The position numbers and the translations under genes are program-made. Shown in pieces: positions 35,201 to 50,200 of a stretch of 64,000 nucleotides of DNA. Numbering within the stretch: the stretch's first letter is position 1; every line of letters begins with the position of its first letter. The DNA is from Marsupella aquatica. Taxonomy: Eukaryota; Plantae; Marchantiophyta. The notes below the pieces were generated by a model, which did not search any database, was not told the origin of the DNA, and saw only the letters and a program-made list of their open reading frames with translations. Location of the stretch: contig OZ316897.1 of NCBI GenBank assembly GCA_973895155.1, forward strand, positions 13,949,375 to 14,013,374, written 5' to 3'.

Positions 35201-38200
35201 ATAATTATGCCATTAATGTACTATAGTATAATATTCAAGTACGTGATTTCATCCAGAATTTGGATACTTAAGCAATCACATGCAGTTTGTAACCCATAGA
35301 GGTTTATCTTGTCCCTATTATGGATGGGGTTACTCTAGCGGTTGTAGGAGGAACCCCATATTAATAACAACGTGAACCTAAGATAGAGACTTGAACTTTT
35401 AGACTATGAAGCTCTCGAAAACATCATTTATCTGATTTTTAGGTGTACTGGTCAACTACTAGAGAAGCACATTTGATAGCTCATACTCATTGTTTGAAAA
35501 ATCTAATGGGTCAACTACTAGAGAAGCACGTTTGATAGCCCAACTCCTCTACACAAAATACCATGATTAACATTATTAATTGAATGCACATCGCTAGAAT
35601 AGCTGAAGGCATTAATCGGAGCACGGCTGTGTCGTTACAAGACAAATAGTGCACAGCATCCACATTTTCAACTCTAAAGCCTTAGACCCTACAGTATGCA
35701 ATTCTAACTCATTCAACTCTCATGACCCATCTTCTAAGTCTTTGTAGACCCCCTTGAGCACAACAGGGGAACTCGATTCTTGGAGGTAATGGTTGGCGGT
35801 CATAATGTTTGGAGCTACAATTGGGTCAATAACTTTATTTAGGGCCACAAAATTTTCCTCTTTTTCTACTTCTACTTTTGTGCTGCCGGTAGAACAATCG
35901 TATGGCACAGCCATGACTTATTGGGCATTTTTATGGATCACAGATTTCCCAGACCATAACATTTTAGTTCTTAAGTTGTAAGAAATTTAAGTACATGAAA
36001 AACACTAGGGCAACACAAACTTCAAGGGAGTTCCAAAAGTAGCACTACTGCACTTGATGAGTGTGAGTGTCCAAAAAAGGCCATTCCGGCAGGTGAGCTT
36101 TGGGGCCAGTTGCATGACCATCTGGCTGGGCGAACCCTTCTTTTCTTCTTTCAAAACAGAAACAAGTGTCTCGTGAAAGAGGGATTCCTTTCCCTTACTC
36201 CAGACCTAATCTTATTTATTTTTAATGCTTGTACGAAAACACAACTTTGCAAAAATATATTATATAGGTGAATTTACTCATGAGCAAAGTCAGTTTCAAA
36301 TTTTTTCTGCATCCTAACTTCTCATCATCATGTACAACGTACAGCATACGGTGTGAAAAGTGGTGGCACAAAGCGTATCTCCCAAAAGTGAAAAGAAATA
36401 AAATTGCCCAGTACACAAACAACAATTAAAAAACGCACACTCTCTGCACGGACCCCAATAAAGATATATCTCCCGTCCCTCCTGTGGCCCGACTCCCAAG
36501 GTGAGTAAAGATGACTGCTCTCCTGCCACACTGCCATTGGGTAATGATGACGAGGGGAGAAAAAAGAAACCCACTTGTGGGCTATGGGGCCTCCCCCCAT
36601 GTGGGAATCTGTACCATCTAAGTGGGAGAATCTGGGTCGAGCCCTCTTTCAGCCCAGCCCCCAGCCCAGCCCCTTGTCCTTTGAGGAGCGGATGGCCATT
36701 TTTCGATAAGGTCGAGGCATAGAAAAGACGGAGGGGGGAGTTGAGGAAGGGCGGTGGGAGGTGGTGGGGTTTGGGTCCCACTCATCAACCCACAACAGCA
36801 GCAACAACAAATGGGGGTCGGTCAATATATGTCAATATCGTCTCGTGAGAGAAGAAAAAACGACGTCGTCGTAGTGATGAAAGAGGGGGCCCGCCCGTTG
36901 AGTGCATGAGGTGACTTGACTGCTGCTGCTCCCCAAGGCATGGTACCACTACACTACTAACTTTTTCCTTTTTTTAGAGGAGTACACTGGTACTGTAGCG
37001 CCATCCCTCATAGTACAAGAAATAAATTATTATTATTGAAGTTTTGGACAGTACTGACGAAATATTTTAGGGGTTTTGTGAGGCCGAGACAGAATTTCTC
37101 TATGTAAGTTTCAAGGATATTTTGCGGATGTTGATGCAAACACTGACTTTTCAGTGTTTGCACAGTTTTTAAAACTAAAGCTAAAGTGCGACAAGAATAT
37201 ATTGGGATTGCCTTGCCTTTTGGGGGAGTAAAAACTAATAACATTTTATGCACTGAGACATCGAGTGCCTATGTAATCTTAAGAATCTTGATGTAAGCCC
37301 CAACTTTTCAATTAACTGACCGTTTTTAAAATAGAACAACCGGAACAGGAGCATCATACTTTGGCCTTGTACTTTGGCCTTGCTGTTTCCTGGATTCAAA
37401 AAAGAATTGCCAGTATTTCCAACTATTAAGGATGGCGCTACGGTAACCTCTCTCTGCTCTCCCTGTCCGCCACCGTATAATATGCTGCCGTTGTTGATCA
37501 TTCTGAATAGACTAGAGTAGAGTCCAGATGGGACGGGACCGCACCAGGCACACTGTCCTTGGACTAGGGTAGAGGGCCCAAATTCCATTCCCGTTATGTA
37601 CCTATTTAGTGATTACTTGCTCCTCAATTGTTGCAGCACCCACTCCTAGAGCCTTTCGCGAACCCCTACATCACATAAGTGTAAAACCTGGATAATTGCA
37701 AGGCATTCCATTCTGCCCTATTTTCCGTACCTTTTTGCAGTTTTTGTCACTTTTTGTAAGTGCAAAGAGGGCTGAGGAAATGGTGAATATACCAAGCCAG
37801 GGACCAAAGCAATGTGGTCCAATAAGCAAAACAAATATGGTTTGTGAAAATGGGGGATTTGTGACAATAGTGTCCACTATAAGGCTGGGGCCATTTTTTG
37901 AGCTGCCATCAATACTAAACTATAAGGTCAGCTTATAAGTAAACCTTCTTTCCATGTTTTTGAAAACCTAAATTCCTTGACTTACACTTATTGATAAGCT
38001 TATGTGGATTTTTTGGTGGATGTTGCACATGTGCATACTTTCCTATGAATAATAGTCATTTTACTTAACAATGGTTACCTCATTCAAAGAAAGAAATAAA
38101 ATGTTCGATGGCTACTAGTGATAGCATCAAATTAGCGTTACTAGGGCATATCTACACTAATTCATGCATGCCAAGGCCAAGGATTTTCATGCGCAACCTA

Positions 38201-39713
38201 GCACACCCACCTTCTTTCCATTACACAGTAAGAATTGTTTAAAGTGTAAAGTTTAGCTAAAATGTTGCTTCACCAGAAATATTGTAACATTAGTGCAGGT
38301 GAATAGGGGTGTTTATCTTTCTACCTTTAGCTCTCCCATAAAAATCGAAAATTTATAACCTGGGGCACCCTTTTCATTGGGCCGAAAATTTGTTCAATAT
38401 GTAGATCCTAGCGCATCACGAGAATAAGTGTGAATAAATACTACCTGCGGTGAACAGGGATATTTCTCTCTCTACCTTCTCTCGCTCATTAAATTAAAAA
38501 TTCTTAGTCGAGTGCTTGGATCACATCAAGCTCATTTGCTGTTGTACTTTATTGGGCACTCGGCTTTGATTTGTTTATTTGTTGTTTGTTCTTGTCATCC
38601 AAAAGGTTGTTTGTGGGAGGGGGGCTCCGGTTGATTTGGTGTTGTTTCTTTGCCTTGGAACATGCTCCTATGAACTCGGCCGTGTACGATATTCCTCGGC
38701 TACTCGCTTGAGGGAATTTTGCTCTCTCTAGACTAACAGACTAGAGAGAGTGAGATATGGCGTTCCATGTCTTTTTCTGTCTAACTTATTTTGTCTGTTG
38801 TTGCTTTTCCTCTTCCTAACTCAATACTAGATTCTGTAGACTGTAATATGACTCACCAAAAGACTACAGTCCCCCAATTTTGCAGACATTCTTTAAATCC
38901 TTTCACTCGTGCATGAGGACGACTACACTACCACTCAGTTGATTCCGTTCTAGGGAGGTATTTACAAGTTCAACTTTGGTCTGAAGGTTATTTGAACTTT
39001 TGTGAATTCTTGTGAGAGCTGTAACACTTAAAGTGGAGGGAGGCTAACTCTTGTGTGACTTCTTGTGAGAGGAGGGAGGGAGGCTAAGCTTGAGGACAAT
39101 GGGGAGGGACTACTATTAGTGAGGGAGGCTAAGCAAGGTGAGGACATCAGTACAGCCAGTGAGTCAATTGATCCGCCCTCCAGTCCGTCACTTCCTTAAT
39201 TACGAGCTAATCACCCTCACACCTTCTTCATGATCCGGTCCCGGGCTGGCACCAACCTGGCACAACCTTGAGGGTCGGGGTCCGGGCTGTGGCTTGATTT
39301 TTATTCTCTTCCCTCCGTGCTCCCCACCTGGCTGGGCTGGGCAGAAAAGTGGACCGCGCGTAGACCTGCTCACATGGTCACGGCGATCGATATTTGCGAT
39401 GGATGCGACGGCCATCCGTCGATTTGCCTGGACACGACTTTTCATACTCATTGTCAGTAATGCGGTCTTCGAAGGAAATTAATTTTAAATACCTTATGAT
39501 GAAGATGGCATATAAATGCTCTAGACTTTGGGAGCATAATTATGATCACATACATGGGGTGGGATCTGATGCATTTTAAAATGGCAAATTGGAAAAGCCA
39601 GTGAAACAAATTGTGTCTGTGGATCTCTTGTCTTTCGGAAGGGGAAAAACAAATCAAAACAAATTGTACCATTTAAATACCAGAATACTGGTATATCGGG
39701 TAGAGATCGTACG

Positions 39714-39786
39714 TATTGTACTTCTATAATAATACAATATTGTACTTCTATAATAATACAGTATTGTACTTCTATAATAATACAGT
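39714..39786. repeat. 24-bp tandem repeat x3
   Basis: TATTGTACTTCTATAATAATACA(A/G) three times. Confidence 0.85.
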
Positions 39787-42700
39787 AAAGTATATCACGC
39801 CCGATTTGCCTCATAATACTATACGGAAGGAGATACATTCCGTACCTACTGTATCGTATTCTCCCTATCGTCAGCTGTGTCAGTATCTCTCACTTTCCCA
39901 TCCTTCTAGTTTTTTTGGTTTTGTTTTGGGGGGGGGGGGCCGGTGGGGTTTCGAATTAGGTTTATTTGATGGGACCCACTAATGATCCAAATTGTTGATA
40001 GACAAGGTACTCAAAACTTCATGGGGTTGGTACGGAGAAAATTGTGGTTTGGACCCTCCAGCAGTCTTTGTTGCATGAAATGCTTGTGTTGTCCAATGAT
40101 GATAGTGGAGTGATCAAGAAGGTCCTTTGGCTAGAACTCTTTAGAACTGCCCTCAACGCGTTTTCAAGGGAAAAGGCAAAAGGGTTCAAAACTTGGCCTC
40201 AGTCTGCACCATAATTTGCAATTGAATTATAATATTCATGGCATGACGTACTTCATAGAGTGAAGCATGGCCTACCTCATAAACTAGCTTGCAGGACAGG
40301 ACCGTGGGTTACATCTCCATATATTTTGTATATAATTCCTACAACTACCACAGAAGCCTACGGTGCATAACATTTGAGCCACCCAAAGCAGTTTTGCACA
40401 GCACCCATATGGCATGCAAGAGCAGAATCTCGAACAAACTCTAGACAGTAGTAGCAAATGAGGCTACTACAAAATCAGTCATCCCATGCAAGACACTTGT
40501 CCCCTACATGGGTTCTGCAAAACCAGCAGTTTAAATTTCCATATGTCGTCTGCGTTAAGGTAGCCTGGTCTTCAATCCAGAGGTTCTGGTTCACTCAGAC
40601 CCTGACACATCAGCATGATTAGAACTAACCATATGAATACAGGGTCCGCTATACTAATATATTTGCCAGAGCAGTAGCAGAATGTTCAGGGTGTTGTCAA
40701 TACTCACTGCAAAGTATATTTTGTCAATGTTTGACAACCTTAAACGTAATGTTGAGGTCGGTCACTCATCCCTTTATGGGATATATTGTCTCGCATATAC
40801 AGTCGGCAATATCCCATAAAGTGACACCTCCCGTCCTTAACCATGTACATAATTCCTACAACCGCCACAGGCACCTATGGAGAATAACACATTCGAGCAT
40901 CCCAAAACGGTTTTGCAAAACACCCATATTGCATGCAGGAGCAGAATCTGGATCTGAACTGTAGACCAAGACAATTGCAACAATAACAATGAGGCTAAAA
41001 TAAAAACAGGCATCCCTATCCAAACAGTGAAACCCAAGAGTCTCGATAGCTATCATTCAATTTGTGTTTCATCCTATCTGTAGCCCACAGACCCTGCATC
41101 AGACTTCTGATGCTAGTGTGTCTTCTAGTGTTTTTGTTGTGTTATGATGGATTTGAGAGTGGTTTCTTATTTAGGTCCATGCTTGAACAACACCCAATGT
41201 AGGCTAAAGTGAAAGTGAGGGGAAAAAACACCATAGAGTTATGACCTACCTGAAGTTACCAAATTGCAGCTCTTCAAAATTGCTTCCACAAAGTTGTATT
41301 CTTTTGAAAGATTAAGGCCAAGTGCCTATACGGTTAGTTCACAAAATTTGTAGGGACAGAGGTTTTTGTTTCCTTGGGGTGAGAGGATTCCACGGATGAG
41401 AGGAAGAAAATGGCCCAAAGGGGACCTAACAAGAGGCCATGGGGAGGCCAGAGATGAGGCAGGGCAGGAGGCAACAAAGCCCAGTCCAAACCAGTGTGGA
41501 TGAGCCGACATCAAAACCAATCTACTAACCAAGGATTTGACAGCAATATAAGACCATCTAAAAATGAAAGAACTGTGGACCTCAACTGCACCAACCAAGC
41601 ACCTAACCAAGAGCACTAGGAGTCTCAACTGGGGCCAGACAAGGCCACACCGGCAGGAAAATCAGACCAGCTGACTGACTGACTCAATTTATGTATTACA
41701 GTTTTGCACTATGCACACATTTTCATATTTTTTACTACTTTTAGGAAAATTAGAGAAGAAGTTCACAATCCCTACTCAATTTGGGGGTACCTTCTTCTCC
41801 ATATGGCTCCAACTCTTGCAACTAGAAAAATCATGTAGGACACAATTTTGAGTATCGATAAGGGGATGGCACTATGGTAGAATACTGATAGTTAGTAATT
41901 AAGAAGAGTAAATAGTGATACTGACTGTAGAAGGACATGTTGTCATTTGTTGTGAGCCCCCGTGACATAATGATATGCATGGGTCCATACTTCCTAACTC
42001 CCTATAGTGGAATAGGTGAATTATTTCGGGACAGCTGAAAATATGTACTGTAAGGCTTGCCCCTCTTCTGCTACACTCTGCAGCCCATAAATTGTGTCCA
42101 AAGATGCCTTGACCTTATCCTACCTACCCAGAGTTGACTGGCGGTTAAGTAGCCAGACAGATCTGAAAACAAAATTTCTGGGGTATCAGATTGTCTCACA
42201 CTCACCGACTAGCCATGCCGTCACATATTGGAGATTTGAAGAGATTGAGCTGCTGAGCTGGGGACCAGCGTAACTTGGCCTCCCACCTCCATCTCATGGA
42301 ACCAAACCAGTGCTCATTCGACATGCATTTTGAGTCATTTGCAAGGATTTTTTCTGTTTGGCGATGGTGGCCAATGTTACCTTGTGAAGAAGACTCCTTC
42401 TCTAATGTTCCTAGATTACTTTTAACCATTAGACTTTGGCTAATGGAGTCGATGGCTATGTGGGGAAACGGCTGATCCATGGCAAGCCACAATTTTCCTT
42501 GGCAGTTGAGGGAATTTTAAGGTCCCAAAATTTGTGGACCAGTCACACGGAAGACAACTCTAGATAGTGCACTGAAGAGACCGAAAACAAACCCGAGATA
42601 ACACCAAATTCGCCATAATAAATAAAATATCTTAATTTCAAAACCAAATGACCTCCACGGATGTAAGAACTCGCGAAGCATAATTATGGTGCGTTCTCAA

Positions 42701-44429
42701 ATTGCGACTCTGGAAAAGCCAGGAAAACAAATAATTGTACCTCTCAATTACCGGAATACCGGTATCCACCCTCCGGGAACGAAAGAACGCACGTACTGTC
42801 GTATTGTCCGCCCTAGACGATACACATACAGTACAGTATGATTACGCTTCTCTCACGCAGTCACGCCCCATTTCATGGTCCGTCCCTCTTGTAGTCTTGC
42901 CGTATCGTATTCTCTCCGCCGTCAGCTCTGTCAGCGTCGTTTAACTTCTACTCCGATTTCGGTGCGACAAGTCTCTGTTCCGTGAAAATGCTCGGGCCGT
43001 ATAAACTGTGGCATCATTCGTTCTTGGCCAATCCAAATGGGGACAGACGAGTGGATGGACGCGAAAGGTCATCGGTCCCTGTTCCTTCTCCCTCTCCGAT
43101 CTCTCCTAGTGTAACGGAAATGCTCTGCCAACTTAGTGTAGGGGTTAATTAACTACCCTTGGCCCCAAGGGGGTTAGAGCTTTGGCCATTGAGGGGACAC
43201 GGGTTAATTAAACCATAGCTGTCCCTTCAAGAGCTATGGGTTACCCATAATATCCAAATTTCAATATTAAGAGTAATTTTCCCAAAATAGTGAAGAAAGG
43301 AAAGAAGTGAGGGAAATGTGAGAAAGGGAATAAGTTTGGGACTCCTCCCCTTATATATTGGGCAATTTGATTTAACAATTATAACCTCCAAGTGAAGTTG
43401 GATAATTCTAGAGACAGGCAGCTAGCCAGAGGGGCTGAAATCTCATAATCCAGTGGGACAGACAGACGAGGGGAGTTAGGGCTCATAAGCACCGATAGAA
43501 ATTCAAAGAGAAAACTACAGGAGGGGCTTGTCCTGAGCATAAACGAGGGTTTCATGCATACATACGAGGGTTTCAGGGGCATGCATACCAGGGTTGTCAA
43601 AGGTGAATAAAGGGGCATGCTACCAGGGTTTCAGGCTTTCCCTTCTCCTCCTATAATGTCTCGAAAGAAAACTAAATACACTCCAGTGTAGAACCACATC
43701 CGTGACCAGAGAGGACTTTGGTCACGTGAACAAACCTCGTCCCACCCCTCAGCATCGCCTCTTGTTTTTCAACCTCCCTGAATACCTGCATACTGTTTGG
43801 AGATTTGTGGGTCACATCTTTGGACTTTGCTTTGTTTGTCAACAAGCCTCATTGTGCATTCAATATGATAGAACCAAACTTTTACTTTGAGGTGCTCCAA
43901 CTTCATTGAGCCAAACTCAAATACTTATGAGAACACTTGACAAATGGAATTCATCATTGCCCAGCCAATAGTGAGGGAGGAATACAAAAGCATTGGCCTT
44001 TTGGAACCAATGGAGTAGTTCAGGGATAGCCTTTAAAAAAAACCTGGTGTAGACCTGAGGGAGAGGGGCCGAGATGAATGGAGGAGACATGCCTCAAAGA
44101 TTAGAGAAAGGAGAGCTCAAACATACAAGCAAGAAGATGCCATGACTTGAAATTCTAGTTTTGAAAACGGGAAAATAGTTTTATGAACACTAAGAGGGGA
44201 ACAGGGCTTTTCTACACTAAGTAGGGCAAGCATATTCATGCAAAACCAGGGACACCCACCTTCCTTCCATTGGGCAGAAACACAATTGTTTAAAAAACAA
44301 TCCCATTTTTCTTAATTTTGAGGTCACATTAATTCATGACTGGACCCAACAATTCAATCACCAAAATTAGTGTCACTAGTGCACTAGTGTGAGTGACAGT
44401 ATTGGCAGTAAACAGCGTAGACTCACTTT

Positions 44430-45100
44430 TTAGCCCCTTGAGCCTTGTATACGGGGGAAAAGCCATTGAACACGAACTCGAAAGAGAATCCCATCAGGTG
44501 CCGCTCCAACGGGAAGGAGAAGAATGATGCCCCCGACAAAGCCATGGAACCATGAATGCCGCCTGATCAGGCAGAAATTTGTAGTGTTGGCCAGGGTACT
44601 CAATTCGGTACTCACTGATATACAAACTTTAAACAAATTGGTGGCTGGGATCTGGAGACAAGCGCGTTCCAAGCAATTCACTCCTCGATTCATCGCTCTC
44701 ATCGAGCTCTCACTTCGACGACAACATTCCTCATGAGGCAGGGAGTGGCGGAAGTGCGTGCAGAACGACAGCAGCAGCAGTTCGAGGCGAAGTACAATCG
44801 TCCCATAATTGACAGAATGACAGCAGGGGGATGGCAATAGTTGCCGTTGTACCGTACTCGCCACATAATAATTGACAGAATGACAGCCGGGGATGGCAAT
44901 CGTTGGCGCTGTGCCGTATTTATGGCGTCGTCATTCCTGCCTGAGGATCGGAATCTACGCCGAGGTACCGCAACAATCCATGTACTGTCGTCGAATTCCC
45001 CCGTTCTACACCACCTTCTCCGTCTACAGTCCCGTCGTCAAGCTTCGAGCAGTCGACCTGCTGATGAGTGCTGAACTGCTGGTGGAGACTTTGAGATCGA
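44430..45100 (-). pseudogene. Possible F-box gene remnant with internal ~62-bp duplication
   Basis: LPSPAVILSI / HPPAVILSIMGRLYFAS...LLLLSFCTHFRH loosely resembles an F-box motif; ATTGACAGAATGACAGC..GGGGATGGCAAT duplicated at ~44808 and ~44871. Confidence 0.25.
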
Positions 45101-47180
45101 GATTTTGAGTGGGAGCTATTAAAAGCGGATATCGAGCTCCAAGGAATGAATGCTGGAGGTCTCGTGGATCGTCGCCGCCGACTCGTGTAATCGCACTGCT
45201 CTAAAAATGCTTGGAGCAGCAGAGCTCCCCCATGCGTTTGTGAAAGAGGAAATGGAGGCCAGCGACAGTCGAGTGCCTGTTACGAGTGGCGTTTAATATT
45301 AGCAGACAGCGCTCGAGCTTGTAATTAGTGGCGAAGTCAAGTTGAAGTCACGGTGAGGTGACGCTTGTACACGTCGTCCAAACGCTCATGGAGGCTAATA
45401 AATGTGGAAAAGGGCATCCGAATTGAGTAATGTCTGGACAATTAACTTAACTCGGTTCTGACCACTAAGGGATAACTATTAATTATGGAGGGTATCATTA
45501 CCATGTGAGCTACAGGATATTAACTTGCAGTACCATACTTTTTTCTTATTGGAGCAAAAACAAACTCGAAATATACACCACTTTGGATGGCAAACTTAGT
45601 CCCTCTGTAACAAAAAAACATTTGTGTCATATACCTTAGATTTTGTGTCATTCTTTCATTAAACCCAATTCTTTTATTCCTTTGGTGGCGAGGTACTGTA
45701 ACTCGCTAGCCTTATGTTCTAGGAATGAGAAATTCAAAAGGCATACAAATTAAAAGGCAAATAAAATTAAAAGGCAAAAAGAACCATGACCATGATTCAC
45801 TAGCAATACTGTTGGTTGCTAGTAAGAATTCCTGTGTGCTTGCATCTTAACAACGCTCATTTATCAGGGTGCCTTGCATGAATGTATCCTAAAACCAATT
45901 TGAAAAGCTGGTGATGCACGAGCTTCACGACAGACCACAAGCAGCCAATGTTTTTTGATGATAAACATTTTTGAGAATAAAAATGATTGGAGGGTGATGC
46001 AATGTGAGTTCAGGAGGGTGGCTTTACAAGACCTAGTAGTACTTCGGACTTTCTTCTCCAATGGAAACTGGATGGCCCCTTCCTCTTTTAAAGAAGATTC
46101 CAACCCATAAACCTTTAAAATGTAGTTCAATAAATGCAAATCCCTTGAATGAAGGAGCCAAGTCTGGAAATGTTTGGACTGCCTCTTGTGCTGGACTAAA
46201 ATGGGACCCCACCAGCAGTACTCACAACCTGCCCATGTCAGGGCACTATCGCTAGTCAAAACCTCCCCAAGATAGTAAAACCGTGGGGGGAAAGAGACCA
46301 CATGGTCCTCCGGCATTTTGAGTGATAGTGGTGGCTCAAGTGGTTGAAGGGTATTTGCTAAGCCTTGATTTGGGGGTGATTCCAATCCTCCACTCTCCTT
46401 TGGGATTGTTTGGATTCATAGTAAGGGACGTCTTTGTTGAAGAGAAACTTGTGCTTTGTTGTATGGAAAAGTGTCAAAGGAGACAAGCATGAATGCCATG
46501 AAAGCATCTTGAGGATTTGGCAATTTAGAATGCAAGAGTTAATGAGGTTGATATAACCAATATTCGTTGAGGATGTGTTACGTTAGTGGAAAGAGGGTAG
46601 GAGACGATGAGGAAGGTTGCTTTGCTGACAATTTTGTATAAACTTCTCTTCTGAGAAAGATGGTGGCACAACACATCGACTAGAAGAAGGGAATGTTGCA
46701 TGCACATCTCTAAGAATACTTCTACATGACGGTGCTGCAAAGGTGGTTGTTAATCAGTTGCCTTATTGTCTAATTGAAGCAGAATCATTCTGAAAAGACA
46801 ATGAGATACTCAGCTTGGGGTGCATACTTTGCCTTTATCTTGGGTTTGTGATCTTTTTGGTCAATGTTTACCTGGTTACCTTTATAAACCTCCTTGCACG
46901 TGCAACTTCATTGGATTAGTTTGACCTCAATCTTATTAAAAAATATATGAGATCTTGAACGAAAATAGCAAAAGGTTTTGCTAAGTAATGTTGGCAGTAA
47001 GTTTGATCCATCTCAGGAGCAAACCTTTCTGATTCAGTCTGAGGTCAAGTTTATCTCCTTGTTTCTAGTGTATTTGTTGGACTCAAATCACAGGATTATT
47101 ACAGAGTTCCGTATCTTAGTGTAAGACATATCCTGAGACATACAGTGTTGGTGATTGAGCCGATCCTTTCTTTTCATAAT

Positions 47181-47278
47181 AATTATGGACCCTTTCTTGA
47201 TTTGTGTGTGCCTTGCGCATCGACCATGCTAATCTTCTCTGTATTGTTGCAATTTTATTGGATGTCCCTTGTAGGAAC
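47181..47278 (-). ncRNA. U6: U6 snRNA pseudogene (near full length)
   Basis: Minus strand GTTCCTACAAGGGACATCCAATAAAATTGCAACAATACAGAGAAGATTAGCATGGTCGATGCGCAAGGCACACACAAATCAAGAAAGGGTCCATAATT aligns to plant U6. ACAGAGA box and AGC triad intact, ISL damaged, no evident USE/TATA upstream. Confidence 0.88.
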
Positions 47279-50200
47279 TCAAGCCCATCCTTCTCTTGTT
47301 GACCGGGCTGTCTACTTTTCTTACTTTCATAGATGACACAGCCCGGGCTCAAGTTGCTGGTCATTTGAGTTGTTTTCTTGATTGTGTACACAGCAAGCAT
47401 ATCTTACCTTCTCTCATGGGAATAAGGGGTCACATTTTCCTTGCCTTGCAAAAAAAAGTACAGTCGCAAGAAAAGATGAGAGCAACCCAACAACTTATTC
47501 AAATGCCTACCTGACAACTTTATAAAAAGTTGACTGGTGTGCAAAAGAGAGGGGCTTGATTTCTCTCAGTTTGGGGAGTCTTTGTAGTGTGCTCCCCTTC
47601 TGTAATTTTTTTTGGGGAGTGGTACAGTTTGATGGTTGATTGTAATACAGTGTAAGAGCATCTCCACCACCGATTTGTGGCCAATGTCCCTCAAACAATA
47701 CAGATTTAGGTGTGGGAAATGTTCCCAAAACAATAGAAATTTAGCTGCCTTTACTCACATTGAGATGACAGTTTTGCTATTAACTATTTGCAACCTTGGG
47801 GTCTTATTTTGCAATGGCACATCACCTCCAACAAAGCACGTGACCCTTATATTGGTCCTACAAATACTTAAACTAAAATGTGGAAGAACATTGGGGCATT
47901 TAAAATCCAATTTGAGAGTTCCAAGAAACGATAAAAATTGAAATGAAAATTTGGAATGTTCCAATATTACTCAAAATTCTTAGGGTTAACAACATTCAAG
48001 TTTTACTTAAGTTTAGCGCGTACAAGACCTCAAATGTGGCGGGTTGATTGGGTGGAGGAGGGGGGGGGGGGGGGGGGGGCACATATCATGAGACCCCAAA
48101 GTCTGCAACCAAATGGGCTGCACTCCTCCAATTGTGCGGTCATTGTGACAAATTAACTACACAAATGGATCTGGACATGTCATTTCTGCTACGGATGAAA
48201 GATGGAGGTCTGAAAAATGGGCGACCACCTTTCTTGCTAAACTGACAGTGGACAGTTTGGATTTGGAAGCGGAGAGTTTTAAATATTTAGACTGTGGGGT
48301 ACTGTTGGGGAAGGGGGATCCCCAAATTTCTGGGGAGTATCTGTCCATCTGGTTCATTTGACGGTTTAGTGGGTAAAAAGGAGCACTGGCACAGATGCTA
48401 TAACCAAGGAATTGTGTATACATATGGCCCACATCTCCATCTAAAAGGAGGAATTAATTAGCATGAGGATGTAGCCTCCACACAGCCTACAAATGGAGAA
48501 GCTTTACTCTCGCTTTTCAACGCCTTTTAAGGAGGAGTATCGATGTCATCCCTGTCACTTGCAAAAGATGAAGAAGTTGGGGAAGAGCTTCAGAGTTCTC
48601 AGCTTTCTTCGAGCCCCTTTCCTTGAATTATTGAGTGCTGCATACTTTTCAGTTCCTTTTGACTCTTACCGTAGCACTTTTGGAACAAAACCAAAGCAAC
48701 TCAATGATTTTGTCGATAGCAATGTCTCGTCCAAAAAATCAATACCTTTCTCGACAAACTGCGTGTTCACTCATCCCTGTTTTTTGACCCCATGCAAGGG
48801 GAATCTTTTTTTGGCTTTTCTCTGCTTTGCGACGCGAATGTCTTCATTTATAGTCCCAGCAAAATTCCAATAATTATCCAAACCCCACCTTGAGATCAAG
48901 GTTCCATTTGTTTGTCACTATATCAGGAAACACCATCATATTTTGGGTGTTCTAGTTTTAGCTTGCAGGTAGCTGGATGTTTTGCCGTGAGCATGAATGC
49001 AAACATTAGAATATGTTGACTCTCATAAAGGGGACAATTCTTGCTCTAGAAGAACATTAAGGCCTCACAAAGCTAGAATGGCAAAGAAAGAAGATCCTTG
49101 TTCCATTCCAATGGTTTGCGGTCAAAGTGATCTCCTCTCTCTATGCTCAGTCTCTCTCTAGTATCGATTTTGGGATGGGTCTACGAAAAGGCCATGTTAT
49201 TAGATGTTATCATTGTTCTCATGTCCACAGTGAATATATACTTATCAGCGACAAGTCTGTTGAGGATATGAGTAGATTTCAAGGCCTATACGAATCTTAT
49301 ATTTAGGTGTATAAAGGTCAGACATGACCCTTCATTGGGGGGGGGGCTTTACCATTGTTTTAAGGGAGGGATTGAACTTGGAGTGCACAGTTTGACACAC
49401 AAAGCTTCCGAATTTTTTATTTCTTAACAACACTTTTAAAATTTCGTTTGGTGGTTCGAGCATCCAAGTGGTGAGCTAGGAAGTGACCTGTCTTTTACAC
49501 AAAATTGACGTCACAATCACAAACTGTGCTCCCACAGAATACACATAGAAACCATGCCACCCGGATGGACTACTTAGACAATTGATACTAGAGTGGAGTT
49601 AAGCCAAATAGGGAGCTGATAATAAAATTACACCATTAAATTAATTTATGAGGGCCAGCTACTGTAGTAGTCTTCATCAATTTGGTGGAGAGGATAGTAA
49701 ACACTGTTGACTTAAATCAGCCAGAAAAAATAACACAATATAAATGATTCCATCCAAGTAAAGTTAGAGTGTTGGAAGGCGGTTGAGTTTCTTTCAAGTG
49801 CCCAAAAGAAAAAGGAGAAAGGGGAGAGGTTAAAGATTCCTTCGTTTCTGCAAAGGGGGAAGGCTGGGTGGGTGCATGGGCCCAATGACCCAATGGGGAT
49901 GAGTGGCTTCCAACTGGATGGTACTGTTGCACCGCAATCGAAGGGATTTGTTTATCACCTGCTAAATTTAAGGATAGTTTAAAATAAACCACCACCTTAA
50001 TAAGACTGCTCCCGCCAGCTTCATCTAGTGGCCAAATTCTCTAGATTCCACCTCTGTGAAAAGTCTTAGCCACATTAGTAGTTTTCCCGCCTAGCCACAA
50101 ACCCCATTAGTCTAATCCTTAAACCTAGGGAGATTTCCTTTTCAGCCAGTGTGGGTAATGTCACCGTCTGTGAATCACAGATGTCAGAATTATTCCACAT

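Noticed and set aside
32320-35980. Short ORFs after the POLD1 copy (e.g. 32719-33579, 35720-35914)
   Set aside because: Coding-like in places but no recognisable motif; needs BLASTX.
43110-43709. Possible solo LTR (TGTAACGG...CCGTGACCA)
   Set aside because: No TSD and no second copy in the window.
45864-48900. 173-aa ORF and neighbouring decayed coding-like sequence as a gene or LINE
   Set aside because: No diagnostic RT, endonuclease or other domain motif could be identified by eye.
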